Source: Phoronis australis (taxonomy: Eukaryota; Animalia; Phoronida). Taken from it: 64,000 nucleotides of DNA. The position numbers were made by a program, and so were the translations under genes. The stretch spans positions 365,297-429,296 of the forward strand of contig NMRA01000225.1 of NCBI GenBank assembly GCA_002633005.1, given 5' to 3'. The notes beneath the pieces are model-generated. The model saw only the letters and a program-made list of their open reading frames with translations. It did no database searches and had not been told where the DNA came from. Below, one piece after another: positions 25,401 to 39,390 of this stretch (the first letter of the stretch is position 1; every line of letters starts with the position of its first letter).

Positions 25401-26650
25401 GAGCGTGAAAGCGCGTTCTATTCAATCAAATTTTGTTGGACAATTAACCAGTCAGGTAGAAGACGGAACCTAATCTGTTTTATTCATGGACAATCATGCA
25501 ACCTTGGTTTTTTGCATCTCCTACTTTGGTGTCACTTCATACAACAATGGTATTTTGACGGTGGGATAACAATAAAGAGTTAAAAATGTTGTTACACCCT
25601 GCTTAAATCTACACCGATATCACTATAGACAAGGCTAAACGTTTGTCACAGTCAAGTTGTACTATCCCCTAACCGCCATATTGGCAAAGCACAGTAAATG
25701 CTTGACTTTCTTAATGCTTGAAGACGTGGCTTTATATATGCTTACATTTTGGATCCGCAACTACTCTTGTTGGCAGAGATGGCTGTTTTTCAAGTGCAGT
25801 ATTAAACATCAGCTGGTGCCTGGCTCTCGAAGTGGGTTAATTCTAATGTTTTGTTCAGGCATTCTTCCCTTTTCACCGCAGTTTTCTTTGTTTTTATAAT
25901 TTATTCATTTGCAGGTGCTTTAATCTTGTTGTCCTGTTTGTCCGCTGTCTGGTCGTGGACCCTGACAAGCAAAGGGCAATTAAAACGACTTTTATCACCC
26001 CGCTTGTGTTTGCTTTATCAACATCGGAATTAACGTTAGTGTATTTTAGGTAACATTCCAACCAAGTCAAACAATGTATAAAATGCCTCGGTTATTCCTT
26101 CAAAAGTCTTACGCAGATCAGGATTAAAAAACAAAGTTTGTGTGTAGGTGCTTTTGCCTCGACGTTTATCAACACGATGTGAACAATCAGCCAACATGCG
26201 TGCGTATGTCAATATTTGCCATTCCTGCGTCGACCAATAAGCAGGGTGTCTGGCAGTTTTGTTCCTGCTCGTTAGATTGATTACTGATAGATGCTATTAT
26301 CTGACTGGGACTGCTCAAATGGCCCATGATAGGGTGACTTGGGGCCCTGAGGTTGACTCATCAGTCTGGATACAGGTTAGGCACTGAGAAAGAGGCTTGC
26401 CTTGGATTAGGCCAAGAGAATAACGTTTGTTTATCCCATGCACTATGCTAACTAAACTAAAATGTGGATAAACATGGTTAATTGTGAAACGATTCTTGCA
26501 AATACAATTAGGATGGTTTTCTAAGTCTTCACCTCAGCTACACCCGGATAAGTCAAGGATTTCACTTGAGGTCATCTTAGACTGACAAGACTGACTCTAC
26601 TGGTGTTGTTGGATCTCAGTGTTTATTATGTTTTGACTGTGTTTCGTGAG

Positions 26651-26676
26651 ATGTTGAAGCATACCTACTCAGCCAG
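26651..26676 (+). CDS. Candidate alternative first coding exon of Shroom (short)
   Basis: gagATG, MLKHTYSA, consensus donor CAG|gtgagt, phase 2. Confidence 0.4.
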
Positions 26677-28649
26677 GTGAGTGGAGATTTCTAGGGATTT
26701 GTGTAGAGAGGATATAGAGAGGTGCAATTCGTGTGAACAAGAGAACTTGGCCTGAAACTCTGGTCCATAATGTTCAACAACAAGGTGTCATAATGGTGCA
26801 CTGATAGAAAAGTAAAAAAACTATAGAAAAATGCATGGAGTCGTAAAGATTTTTAGATTTTGCATATGATGTCAAGTGGTTGTTGGTCTCTCCCAAGATT
26901 AAGAGTTTTACCTGACACTATTATCTTACCCGAAACACGAGTGGGCCTTAATTCTTGCTTTACTCTGTAGCTTTTTGTGAACAATTATGCATGAGGATGG
27001 CAGTCATCGTAGGTTTATATTTGGCACATTCTGGACATGCTGTTAAGACAATTCAAATTTCTGTTATGCAAATATTAATGGCCTCTTACTGGTACTTAAA
27101 ATTTCCAAGAATCTTATTTCCTTGGCCTGTGAACTGTTTTTAAAGGAGAACCAAGAGCCGCCGTCCAAAGTGTACAAATACCTCGACTTAAACAAGAAAA
27201 ATAAACTCCACTCAGCCCTAATTGGAACCCACACTTAATTTTTGATCTTTACTTTTTTGTGAAGATAGATAGCACCGAATAATTTTTATGCTGTACACCA
27301 CAGTATCCATTTGTCAGTGTTTTGAGAACCTGTAGATGTTCACAACAGTTCAGGACCCTTTTAATAACGGAAAATGTCAGTTTTGACAAATACTTTTGTC
27401 CGAAATCGGTAAAAATTTTACGGTTGCATTGATATTAGAGCGTTCTTTCAAGCACTCATGTGTTTGGGCACTTGAATGAGCTCAAAATTTGGAAGGCTAA
27501 TGTGTTAAATTATCGTCATCATATTGTTCAATAATGAATACCATGACCAATCTCAAAGCCTCCCCCAACTCTGACGGTATTAAGTATTATGGAGGCGCAG
27601 ACCTATTAAGTATGCCAGCTTTTAAATTTACTTCCAACATGAGATGACATCATATTCTATATTGGTCTTTTTATGTTGGGGTGTAAGTTAATCTCGTAAG
27701 ACTGTTTAATAACGTACATTTGCCAAGTCAAACCCTTTGTCGGCGAATGTTTTCAATACATAGCAAAAAATTATTTGACTTTGTTCTGTTATGCAGAAAT
27801 CTAGCCAGTCATTTTCATAAATGCATTGTGCTCGTTCTGAATGGTGATAAAAACAGCGGACCATAGCTTCTTGGTTAAATAGAGAAAGTGCGCACAAAGC
27901 CATGAAAGCCTCTGATTTTGTTCCCAAGTGCCACTGCTTACTGTACACAGTTCACTATGTACTTCAGACATTTGTTAGTTTTGAAAGTATTTACCCTTTG
28001 TTGGCAGTGAATTACCGCCTGTATATTACCCAGACTTGAAAAGAGGTCCGCCATCCCATAATAGTCGTTCACCTACAGACTGGAGGTGTAGTTGACGCTG
28101 TAGATGGATAGTTATTGTGGAAGGTTACATTGGGGTACTTGACAGAGTTTGTAAAATGTTGAGTGGATGATGCAGGAGAGGCTGTTTCATACTGAAGGTA
28201 ATATTACTTATGCATTCTAGCCATGCGTGAGTAAGCCAGGTAACCACATCAGTATTACTGGGTTCATTTACCTGATGACAGATCAATACTGAGGTTTTTT
28301 GTGTGCTCAGCTCTGTTTGCTGAACGCTGTTGCATCAGTGGTAGGGTTGTATTTTCGTGTTAGTGTGCCGGTGTCAGGTTGTGTGGGTTACGTATAGACC
28401 GGTGTATTGAAGTCATGTTAGTATAGGACTGCTGTGAACATTGGTGACGGGTAGAGTTCAAAATGGCGTCACCTGTAATTAGACTGACATGACATGCTGT
28501 GGTCGTGTTTGTGCTGTGTTTAACCATAAAGGTATGATAAATGTACAGTTGTGTTACTTACAAGTGAAATAATCTGTTGTCTCGTGTAGTCAAGCAGCCA
28601 TGTAGTGACTATAGAACTACATTTGGAATAGGCAATAGTCTGATATGAC

Positions 28650-28721
28650 GTGCCCGTATTTTGAGAACCAGTTTGATGCCCGTTATTCAATGGATAAAAC
28701 TGGTTCTCAAAATTCGGGCAC
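28650..28721. mobile_element. Hairpin micro-MITE of about 75 bp, family 4
   Basis: gtgcccgtattttgagaaccagttt - loop - aaactggttctcaaaattcgggcac. Related copies at 6974-7042, 34559-34635 and 60306-60379. Confidence 0.75.
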
Positions 28722-28850
28722 TTTTTTACTTTTGGGATAATTCTAAGGTGGTCTTGCTTGAAGTGTAATCCATTGCCATTCTGTCTTTACTTACTGTTGT
28801 GCTGCCAAACTCCGATCTGTAGTCTGTGTAATGACTAGACTTTGACCCTG

Positions 28851-28940
28851 ACATTATATCAGAAACATAGAGATGTAGCAGTTAGAGGAATGGCCCTAAC
28901 ATTATATCAGAAACGGAGATGTAGCAGTTAGAGGAATGGT
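28851..28940. repeat. Local tandem duplication of about 43 bp
   Basis: acattatatcagaaac..gagatgtagcagttagaggaatgg occurs twice. Confidence 0.85.
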
Positions 28941-29240
28941 GTAACTCATTGCCCAAGTAGGAGAAAGGTATCCTTTTGTGTTAGTAGGGCTTAAAGTAGA
29001 TAAAGATAGTGATTTATATTCAACCTGTTGATACTGCTCTGTGATTACTAGGGATTCTTGTCCACCCACTTGATGAAACGCCCGAGAATAGAAACTGTTC
29101 AATTCTCATCAGTTTCAGTGATAAAATGATTACATTTATCAAGAAAGTTACATGCAGGTAATGCTTTTGTCTCCTGACTTACTACTACACTTAGTGAGAA
29201 ATGATAATTGGTCTGGATTGTAGTCGTGAATGGTAACTTT

Positions 29241-29365
29241 AAGGACCTTTTCATACTATCTTAACTCCAGTAGCTGAGAAGCTTGATATAAAATGTGAAG
29301 TTAGTATTAATTAAACCTTTCACGCCGGCTTCAGCAGTTAAGCTGATGCCGAAATTATCGCAGTT
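29241..29365. mobile_element. MITE family 1, partial copy
   Basis: aggaccttttcatact ... tgtgaagtta matches the left end of the 3801 element. Confidence 0.5.
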
Positions 29366-32300
29366 TTATGTATAGGTCACAGGAGTTATCACAAGATGCA
29401 GGCATAATTTTTGTAAATTTTGAAGTACCGTGTATATGGTTTGATGAAGAAGGAAATGAAGGGCTTATTGTGATGGAATGTTCAATCATTAAAAAATATC
29501 AAGCAAAGCCTGTTGATAACGGTTCATACCTCAGTGAATTGTTGAGGATCCGCTATTAAAATCTACTGTTAACTACAAAATTAACTTGAACGATTGAGAT
29601 CCAGGAGCAAAAGTAATCGTTGATACTGAACAATGCTCCCCAAAACCTGAAGGCCATGACGTTGATGACAAATTCCAATAGGACACCAGCAACATGGGTG
29701 TTTCTCTCTTAAAATGAAGCATGTTTTCTTCCAAGTACATGCGATTTTAAAGTTGGTTCTTAGGAAATATATTGGGTACTTTTTGACTGAAGTCTGAAAT
29801 TCTGCAAAACGTTCGTCAGATCTGACACTATTGGGATAAGAGGCTACGTATTGAATTTGATTCCGGTAGCAAACGACCATTCATTAACCAGTTCAATTAC
29901 TGTTTAAGTAGGCTGGGATACTTTTTATTTCTGTTACCAGACATGCCCATACCAGCGCATTCAACTGTAATTTCCTTGAATAGTTTCTAAAAGAATGTAT
30001 TCAGTAAAGGTAATCAAAGCCAAGTTGTAAACCCAATGAGCTATGGGTAAAGTTTCATGGCTTATTCTCTCTGCTGTGTTTATTTGATTCAAAGGTAAAT
30101 AAACATGCTAGCATGGTACATAAAACTGGGCTTGTTCTCTGATGCCAAGTTTTAGGAGTGAAGAAAAACAGATCTGTGTTAAACACAACATTGTTTCTTT
30201 CACATGCCATAATTCCTTCTTTTATGCCTCTCCAATCTATTCACATGTTTGATTGTTTCATTTTCTTTATTTCGTACAATCATGGCTTCACTCGCCTGTG
30301 TGGCTCGTGCCAGTCACCATTTATGGGCATTGTCGTTTTGTTTCGACCGTCTTGTTAGTTGGTATTTCTGTAAAGCATTTGGCTTTGAGGCTTTTCCTGA
30401 CAAAGTCAACACCCGAAGGGCTCTGTTTCACACAGTGGGTTGGCGGTGCTGCTGCACTGTTGAAATGTACGCCAGTTCAATATGTGGAGAAAATGGGAAC
30501 TCTTGGGGAAAACCAGATGATAAAAAAAATCTTACGTGAGACATAATGCCTCATTACTGACCCGAGCTGCAAAGACACAGTTTAGCCAAAACATCCTATT
30601 GCGTTGGTGGCACGCCCCTTCCAACCAGTTCCGTAGAATGAGAGCCCGTGGGAGTAGAGACTAATTATGAATCCATGTGCATTGATCATTTCCACGTATC
30701 CCTGTGATGCACTTGATGGTGGGGCTAGCATTGCACTTGTTCACTGTTCTATCCATTCACCTTTCACTCACCTTTCACTGGTGTTATTATAAAGGTGTTG
30801 TATTCTTCATGAAGTCTAAGCCATACATATGATGCTTGTTATGTAATTTTTGTTCCATTTTACTTGTCACGGGGGCCCCCGTCCAGTGAATTCTGCGAAC
30901 CTGCCCTGAATAGGAGACATTGCCGGGAATTCCTCGAATTATTATTACTGGTATCCCCCAGGTCTTGTGTGCTATGTGTGTGAGTGGGTGCTGCGCTTAC
31001 CAAACCAGTCCAGCGTGCAGAGGGTTCACCTCATCCATAATGGTGTCCATTTAGTTAGCTGTTTGTTCAGCGAAGGTAAATACTGGTCGCAGTGTTCATC
31101 AGCAATAGGCCACTGTTGTTTCACAACTATGCAAGTTGTTTCATCTCTGCATCACTTGCTGCGAATGACTGGACCAAAGGGCCCCTGTAGCGTTGGCCGT
31201 CTGGATATGAAGTGACAGAGAACATTGGTGGTGACTATTCTTAGCATTGGTAATGAAATTTCTTAATATTTCGTGTACAAAAAATTTCAGAATTGACGTT
31301 TTTCTGTTTTCCAAAAGTTGATAGTTCAATGCCTGTCTGCAAATAACTAAAATTTTAGCTGATGTTGTGTAACGCCTGTTGCAGACCAGTGATGTTGGAT
31401 GTAATGCATGGTATGTCGGCTGACATCAAAATTACACGCGACATTGTAGGTGTTGCGGAGCATGTTCAGTGTGGTAAAACTTTTCGGACAACACTTTGTG
31501 GAAGTGGTACTTGTGACCAATCTAAAGTTGGATTTACGCTGCCTGAGTTGGTGGTCCACTCATTGGGCCAGACCAATTTTACAAACGTTTATCTAAATAT
31601 ATGATGCTATATGGAACGCAGTCAGAAAAATATTCAGGACAATTGCAAATCTCAGCCAAAATAGAACTAGTCAAGGGATGTGAGTTAACTTGTGATTGAC
31701 AAATGTTGCATTTGCATTTTGAACAGTGCATGGAAATCATGTACTGGCACATGTACAAATTATGAATCTTACCATCTTGTAAACTTTTAATGTCTCAAGG
31801 TACAGTTAGTGTCTGTCTTCTGCTTGTGGTTCATGTCAGTGATTATTATAGGAATGTTGTTGAATTCAATGCCAGCTCTTAGTAGTCTTGGGTAAAAATT
31901 CTCGAATCTGAGAAAGTCTCTAAAATTTGAGGTGCCGGCATTCAAACCAAAATTGAATTTTCTTGATTCTAATGATTGGGCGTGGGCAGTTCTGGCATCC
32001 ATTATTGTATGACGTTTCTCTAACAACAGAATCTGAGAAAATAAAATTGGCAGTTCATAAAATCGTGGAAAATGAGCGCCAACACATTTTCATAGGTCTC
32101 CATAGTGTGAATGATCATCAGGTGTTGATGGTAATTCTTGAATGTGGGATTGCTAATACTGCCTATTTCTAAAATTTGGTACAAACTCTGACCAAATAAG
32201 AGACTTTTTACCATACTGACTGATATACACCTGACTCGAATGACTCAACTAGTTCCAATGCCCTGCCCAGTTTAGATTGTTTTGACCTATTTTGACAAAT

Positions 32301-34558
32301 TCAGTTGTAATGTATTGCTCATCTCATCTGCTACCAACTGTTCTGATGCTCATTGTATGCAACATTGTAATGTCGTGCAACTTTTGGGTGAGGTGTCACG
32401 CAACTTTCCGGTTGGCATGTTTCTTGTCTGAAATGCGCTAACCGCACAAACCAGACTTATGATAGAGTACAACGCTCCTGTTTCTTATTGTTGTTAAAAA
32501 GTTTGCCTAAATATTCCAGTTTGACTGACATAGAGTACAAGCCAAAAGTATTCAGACAAAATGACTGGGAATTCCCCTATCATAACAGGTGGGCGGAAGC
32601 CGAATTCATCGTCAGAGTAATCTTTCGTCATGACTGAAAATAAAGGGGAATTGTTAAGGAAGTTAGTAAGGTGGCTACAGTAAGCTGTTGTGCATTTTGA
32701 ATTGTGCCCCCATAATAGTTATTATCTGGCTTTCTTGCTTATCAGTTATTAGCCATCACGACAGAGAAGTGATATTTTGTTTGATCACTTGCGGCTTGTT
32801 CTATATTGTGTGTTAAAAAAGCGAGGAATGACCAGACTGCTCGTAAGGCATTTTTAACATAGTTCCTCTGTGTTTTACACTATGCCATTAATCCTCATTA
32901 ATGGTTTGCATGGGTGCCTTGTATTGATTTGCAAAAGCACGCCTGTGTTGTCATGGTAACCAGGAATGTAAAGGTGTGTGTCTCAACCTGGATCCGTAGA
33001 CTTCATTTTCAAAAGCATCATGTGTTAGTTTCAGCATTGCGGACTTTCAGTGGTAAGGCTAATCAATTCTATGAATTATTTTATGCCTGACTGGTTAACT
33101 CTGAACTTTCAATTGATTTTTATAGCTTTAAGTTTACTGAATGCCTTTTTTTTTAAAATTGATGTGTCTTGTTTGACGCAATCCGAAAGTTGCTGAAAAG
33201 ATCACCTGAGTGCCCTCTTGTTCTTATTTGCTGAAAAACAAGGCTTTATCTCCGAAACTACTTAACTGGAGAGATAAAAGGGTTGTCTTATGAGCTGTAA
33301 AATGGTCATAGTTTAAAGTCATCCATTACCTTATTTTGTGATGGTGCAAGTTACTTGAAGGCTGCACATTTTCTGGGTTTGATTTTCTTAACCAAATGGA
33401 ATGTTGCTAGTTCAGCAGTGGCTTTAGGAAAAAAGTGGGTCTGGATAATGAATGTAAGGAGGAAGCGAAAGTGTATAATTTTTACTTTGTACTAGCTGCG
33501 GCAAGATTTTCCATTTTTGTAGAAATGAAACGTAACAAGAATTTTAACATAAAATGAGACGATGACATGGCACGAAAGTGGAATTTTATTGTGGTTATTG
33601 TTCCCTGGTTGTAAAATAGATGGGAGGACATCCAGTCTGCCATCCCCCATGACTAGTTGAGAGGTCCATGTAGCTGGTGTAGATGATGAGGGTTCTCATG
33701 TGTTTTGTACCCAGTATCTAACTAAATAACCACTGGAATTGTAGCTTCACCTAATGTACAGTGCCTGTTCATCTAGATGTTTCAAATTAAGTGCTGAAAA
33801 TATTTAGAGATTATCTAGTGAAACATTGTTATCAGCAAAGGGGTGTTTTTCCTCAGTAATGTTTCTTGCCTCAGCACCTGATTTGTTATTAAGTGAAAAT
33901 TGATGTCAAAACACTTCACTGTCTACCATGTTATTGATGCGAAGGTAAGCAAAAGCCTCTTACGCCTGCATATATGCGTGTCCTTTGAAGAAAGTGATCT
34001 GGCTAAAAGTGCTAGCCAAAAATGCCAGCAGTTTTGAAGCAAGCACCAGCAAAAGTTAGTTCAAAAGTAACTGTTCGCACGACCCAGTTTTCCTACTTGC
34101 TTAAGTCCTGGCTTATAAGCTGACATTTTAGCCAGGGGTTAAGATAGACCTGCAGTGTTGTTGGGTGTGTCTTGTCAGGTGTGTCTTGTCAAGTGTCTGC
34201 TGTAGAGTGTGTGTTCTTTGTTTGATTGCTTTCGGAAGGTTGTGTGGAAGATATGTGATACGTCAGTCAGCAATCACATTTCGAAAAAAATTCACTAGGG
34301 TCTACTTCAGCCATGTAATCTTAGGGTCAGGCATTGGCAGAGGGGGAGGGCATTTGTTGATAAAGTATGACCTGCAAGAGAACTGTTATTTCAATACTCT
34401 GGGCTGTAACAGCATGACTACAAACTGAGGCCCACCTTTCCTTTGCCTTTGCAGTACATGTGTCATTTTTTTAGCAAATCAGTCGTGCTAAAAACAAGTG
34501 TGTCATTTAGTTGATGTGTGTGTCTTTAAATAGACTCATGGCAATTGGCACATACAGC

Positions 34559-34635
34559 GGGCCCAGATTTTGAGAACCAGAGTTCGATGCCTGTTATTCG
34601 GTAGGGAAAACTGGTTCTCAAAAGGCTAGGAGCCC
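34559..34635. mobile_element. Hairpin micro-MITE, family 4
   Basis: ttttgagaaccag ... ctggttctcaaaa stem with the same gatgcc.gttattc loop. Confidence 0.7.
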
Positions 34636-36136
34636 TGTACGGGACTATTAATGAACTCACTGTTCCATGGTCAATGTTGATTCACTGAAGTTGTTTGTGT
34701 GATATCACAAGTTAATGTGAAGCTGTAGGAGACAGTTCCATCTTGCCTGGGGCGGTGGCAGTGTTGTGGACAAGTCACAGGTTAATTGGCTTCACCTGAC
34801 AGCATTGTCCAGTCTTCAATAAAGGGGTTGTTCACAGGTCACTCACTGACTAGTGTACTCTGATGAGGGCAGGCGTGTGTGGATGTTGAGATGAACCTCT
34901 TTGGTTAGGAAATGGCTGAAGATTAGCTTATTTTGAACAAGGGTATGATTTCTTGCAAACGTATCACAGGTGATCAAGTATTCAGGCAGTTTGATTTCTG
35001 CATATCTTACTGTAAGTACATTAAAACTCTGTTGTAATCTTGTTGAAAATTAACTAACAAAAGGTAAATGTTTGTATGATGACTAAGAATGACATTTTTT
35101 ATGCGTTTCTCACTGTGAGGATATTGACCCGTTCTTGTCAGTCAAGTCTCTATTATGACAATTTTCATTTTAATCCTGATGAAAATCGATAGCTGACTTT
35201 CACCAGCCAATGACAGGTAGCCCACTGTTTGTTGATTAACTCAATATCCCATGGTGGATTTCTAGACTACTGTAGCAGATGTGGTCAAGGAGTCATGTTT
35301 GACTCTTAGACTGGAGTAGACTGTGGCTCAGTGGTTTGAGCTTTGGGCTCCCGTTTGGGAGACTTAACTGGCTGACAATTGAGCATTCCACAATGATGTC
35401 TCCTGCTCCTCTGAGCTCAGTATTACTAGTGAAGGTATGCAAGTTAATAAATGAGAACCTGAATGTAATCCAAAAGCTAATTCTACGGCTATTCTCGTAG
35501 TATTTTACTCATAGACCCTAATGGGGTATTTCTATTCCCTGAGTTAGTGTTTGGTCTGGTAATTTGCACATTTTTATACCTGAAGATGGCACCTTACAGT
35601 ACTGCAATGGGTTGGCACGCAAGCAATTCAGAGAACACCCTTTCGAAGTGTTACTATATGTAGCACCGGGAAGTGATCGCAATTGTATCATGTCTCTTTA
35701 TTGACGAACAGAATGAAGTAACATTCAGACGTTCCATTGGTTTGAAAATAACATTCAAACATTTCGATTGGTTGATATTGAGAAATACAGCAGTATACTT
35801 CTCTATCTATCAAAAATTGCGTTTGTGGACTGTGGCGGCTGTTTCCACAAGAAGAGACTAAGTCAATGCATTCCACACAAGTTCATGTTTTTGATGAGCA
35901 TAAGATTACAAGTTGTCAAATAAAATGATTCACTTTACTTTTCTGGCTCATTCCTATGCCACATGTATATGACGAACGTCCAAACCAAGACTTTTGCACT
36001 GATTCCCACTCAGAGATTTCTTCATGTAGTACATTGTCAATCTACACGGACACTTTTTCATGTAGTAGGTGCTGGGACAGAGGGAACCTGGCCATCAAAC
36101 TTTCATTCTCAAAGTCTAGATCAAAAGCAAACTTCT

Positions 36137-36160
36137 TGTGTGTGTGTGTGTGTGTGTGTG
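36137..36160. repeat. (TG)n microsatellite
   Basis: About 12 TG units. Confidence 0.95.
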
Positions 36161-39100
36161 AAAACACCAACTTATTCTTAACTGTGTTGATCAGGATTTT
36201 TCTTAAATGTGAAAGGGAAATTGTTACTCTGGATTTTACCACAGATACAGTTACGCAGCATTCACTTGTCATCCAAACAGAAGGCTGATCGCACGCCTTA
36301 TTGTTCGTCTGAAAAAAATCTCATGTGGGCGCTGGCTAGACGCGATCTGTGTTTTTATCATGCTACCCCAAATGAGATGGCAGAGCAGTGAGTGACTTGT
36401 TGCTGTGAAAATCCTACATTCCAATAGTGTCGTTTGTGGGTAGCCTGTGCTCTACCATTGTTTTCTTTCCTAATTGAATCGTCCAGGTTATTATCATGTT
36501 AATACTATGCCAATTATTCCTAAGATGGCAGAACGGAGGCCATTTTGAGAATCTAGTCTGTCTTATGATCAGATGTCCTGTCTGACTTGTCACAACCCTC
36601 TGTGCAAAGTATTAGTCATACCACATTTAGGGTGTCTATGTCTGTTTTGTTTGACCCATTTCAATGACTGGTTGCTATATTCTGTGGCTTAGTATTCTTT
36701 TCACCACCCTTGATATTGTCCTTTGATAAAACTCGACTCGTTTTTCATGATTGAACAGTTTAGTATCTCCGTCAGAGCCACACTTAGAGGTACATGTGTA
36801 GAGTGTTCGTGAAACGCCACAATAATTGTTGATTTTGTTGATGAAATGATCAATATTAAGTAGGGCAAATGGGCATGCGAGTGGAGGGGTAGACCAGGCA
36901 GTGTTACTGTTTGACCAGGCGAAGTTGCCGTTGAATGTGGCGTAGTATGGGAGGACATTTTTTTTTGGAAATTCATTCTTACTTCCACAAATGCACAAAT
37001 GTGAGGTCACCGAGATCTGTAACTTCATGACAAATTGGCTTTGGTGCTCGTGAGGTTTTCAGTGAAGATCAGGTGACCAGTAAATGGTTGTACATTTTCG
37101 GCAGTTCTAACTGGCATTTTGTGCCAAGTCTGTGAAACTCGAGGCACTGGCGAATAAAGCTAGTTTGATCTGATGTTTCACTTGTAATGTGTGGTGATGT
37201 CTCGCCAAGTTGTGCATGATCTTGCACTTTCACGAGTTTCTTGCATGAATGGAGTGGCTTAAAGTTTGAGCGTAGTGGTCATATTTGAGCGTGGAGGTCA
37301 AACTTTATATTGCTGCGTTTCCACGTTCAGAAGTCCTGGTTAGAACACTGTACCGTCCTATAAGTGCTGTTTATATCTGCTGATATGATATTAAAAACAT
37401 TGTTTTGCTGGTTATAATTAATTTTAAATTGTCTTGATGCATTTGGAATATGTAATCTAACAAAGTCCTGTTGGTTGGACTGATAAGATTTACTTGAGCA
37501 TTTTTGTAGTGAGGCTATCTGAGTCATCTGCTGGTAACAATATAAACAGTGTGAGTGGTTGGGGACCAGCTTGTCACTGAGGAATGTTATCAGTCCACTC
37601 AAATAGGTCTGAGTAATTCTGGGAGGTTTCTTATTGTTAGGAGCGTGGCTAATAATTGTGCTGCCATAGGTGTCAACTTAGCTGCTATATGTTATTTTGA
37701 AGAACATTTGTGATTCAAGAATAGTACTGTAAATTCAATTGCTAAAATTTCTTTTTTATTTTTCAATGGCTTCTTGAAGCATTGTGAATGCCCACAATTT
37801 CTTAAGATATTGTCTGATGACAACTATGGTACAAAACTTAACACTGTGAAACATTTATTTGGTCTTATGCATCTTTTATTGAAAACTGAAAAATGAAAAA
37901 TTCCACTTGTCCCCATATGGTGTTCTGAACTGGTAGTTCTGTCAGTGTACACTGCCATCTATTGGTTTTCAGATTAGTTGCTCATTATGCAGGTGTAGGC
38001 AGACATGGTTAGGTGTCTCTGTGGGTCGTTAGATAGTGGTGTTATTTGCTCGAATGACAGGAAGCATGTGCGTCATTTGCGTTAGCTCGTCTTTCGTAGA
38101 TTCCATCTCTTTCTTTCTTGGTCTCGGCTATTAACGTCCGCACATGTATGGCTGTAGATCTTACCTGCCTATTTATGGCAGGTTGTCTCACCTGTATTGG
38201 TATTCCAGGTATCTACGTTGTATACGCTGCACTTCTGTCAAGTCTGTTGACTCTCGCACTGTTATTACAACTCGTCTGAGATCTACAATAACTGTGCTCA
38301 AGTATTTGACTTGATCGCTCTCCACCATTGCTTGTTATATCGCCATCTCCTGGATGTTTTATGTACTCCGCCTGTCTGTCGCGTATGTAAACACTAGGGT
38401 TTTCAGTCAGGAATTCTCTTCCCCTTCACTGAATGTGGCAGCTCCATGAGTAAACATTGTTCTTTGGAATGCTCAGATCTAATAGGGTGCTTTAGTTTAC
38501 TATTGAGTCTAGTATATCACTGATTACAGCCAGAGCAATACCAAATGACTCCATTTGAGTGTTGACAGATTGTAAATACTCTCAGTTTTATTGGTGCCAT
38601 GGCCTCTTTTAATGAAGCAGTATCAGGATGTCAGAAATGACTGCAGTGTTGCCTCTCATTATTTCTCTCTGTGTTTGTTCCTTGTCCAAAGTTGACGTTT
38701 TATTAATCCATCCACTTATGTTTCATTTTAATTACACTTAAAGATCCTGGATTGTAATGCATTGTAAAGTGGTACTCTGTTATTAGTGGGTCATGTTTTC
38801 CTTAAATAATCAACCGTGAATATTGGTGTGGTGACATTTTTTGTAAAGAAGCAATAGTAATGCTTGTGATACATTCAAGATCTTTTGTTTTGTTGATATG
38901 ATAAATAAATATATGGCGTTCTGCCAACAAACCCGTATCTTCGAAAGAAATTAACTCTTATTTTTTCCTTTCGTTTTGTGCATTGTTGGCTTTTTTATTC
39001 CAGAGGGAATATTCGAGACCAACAAAGGTCAGAGGTCACTGTGAGGTCAGGTCACTTGACTAGTGGTGTGGCGAAAGATGACAGTGCAGTGTACACCAGC

Positions 39101-39185
39101 AGCAGACCACAGGGGACCAAAATGAAGAGAAATGAAAGCTTTAGGTAGGTGTCGATAACACTCTTATTGGGCATGGTAATGATAG

Positions 39186-39390
39186 TTCTTCACGTATTTG
39201 GCACAAAATTTGGCAAAAAAGCAAAATTTCGATTTGTCAAGTTAATCAACAAAGATAGAGATTAAGAGTAATTTAACTCATTAGCGCCGATGTTTGGCTA
39301 AGTTTTCATTATTTACAACAAGATGACCAGCCTTTGAAAAATAAAAAATGACAATTTTTCAAATTAATGCAGCACGAAATACGTGAAGAA
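39186..39390. mobile_element. Small element with 14-bp terminal inverted repeats
   Basis: ttcttcacgtattt ... aaatacgtgaagaa. The same terminal motif recurs near 43279. Confidence 0.45.

Noticed and set aside
35320-35370. tRNA-like A box (tgtggctcagtgg)
   Set aside because: No B box or cloverleaf follows. At most a decayed SINE head, not a tRNA gene.
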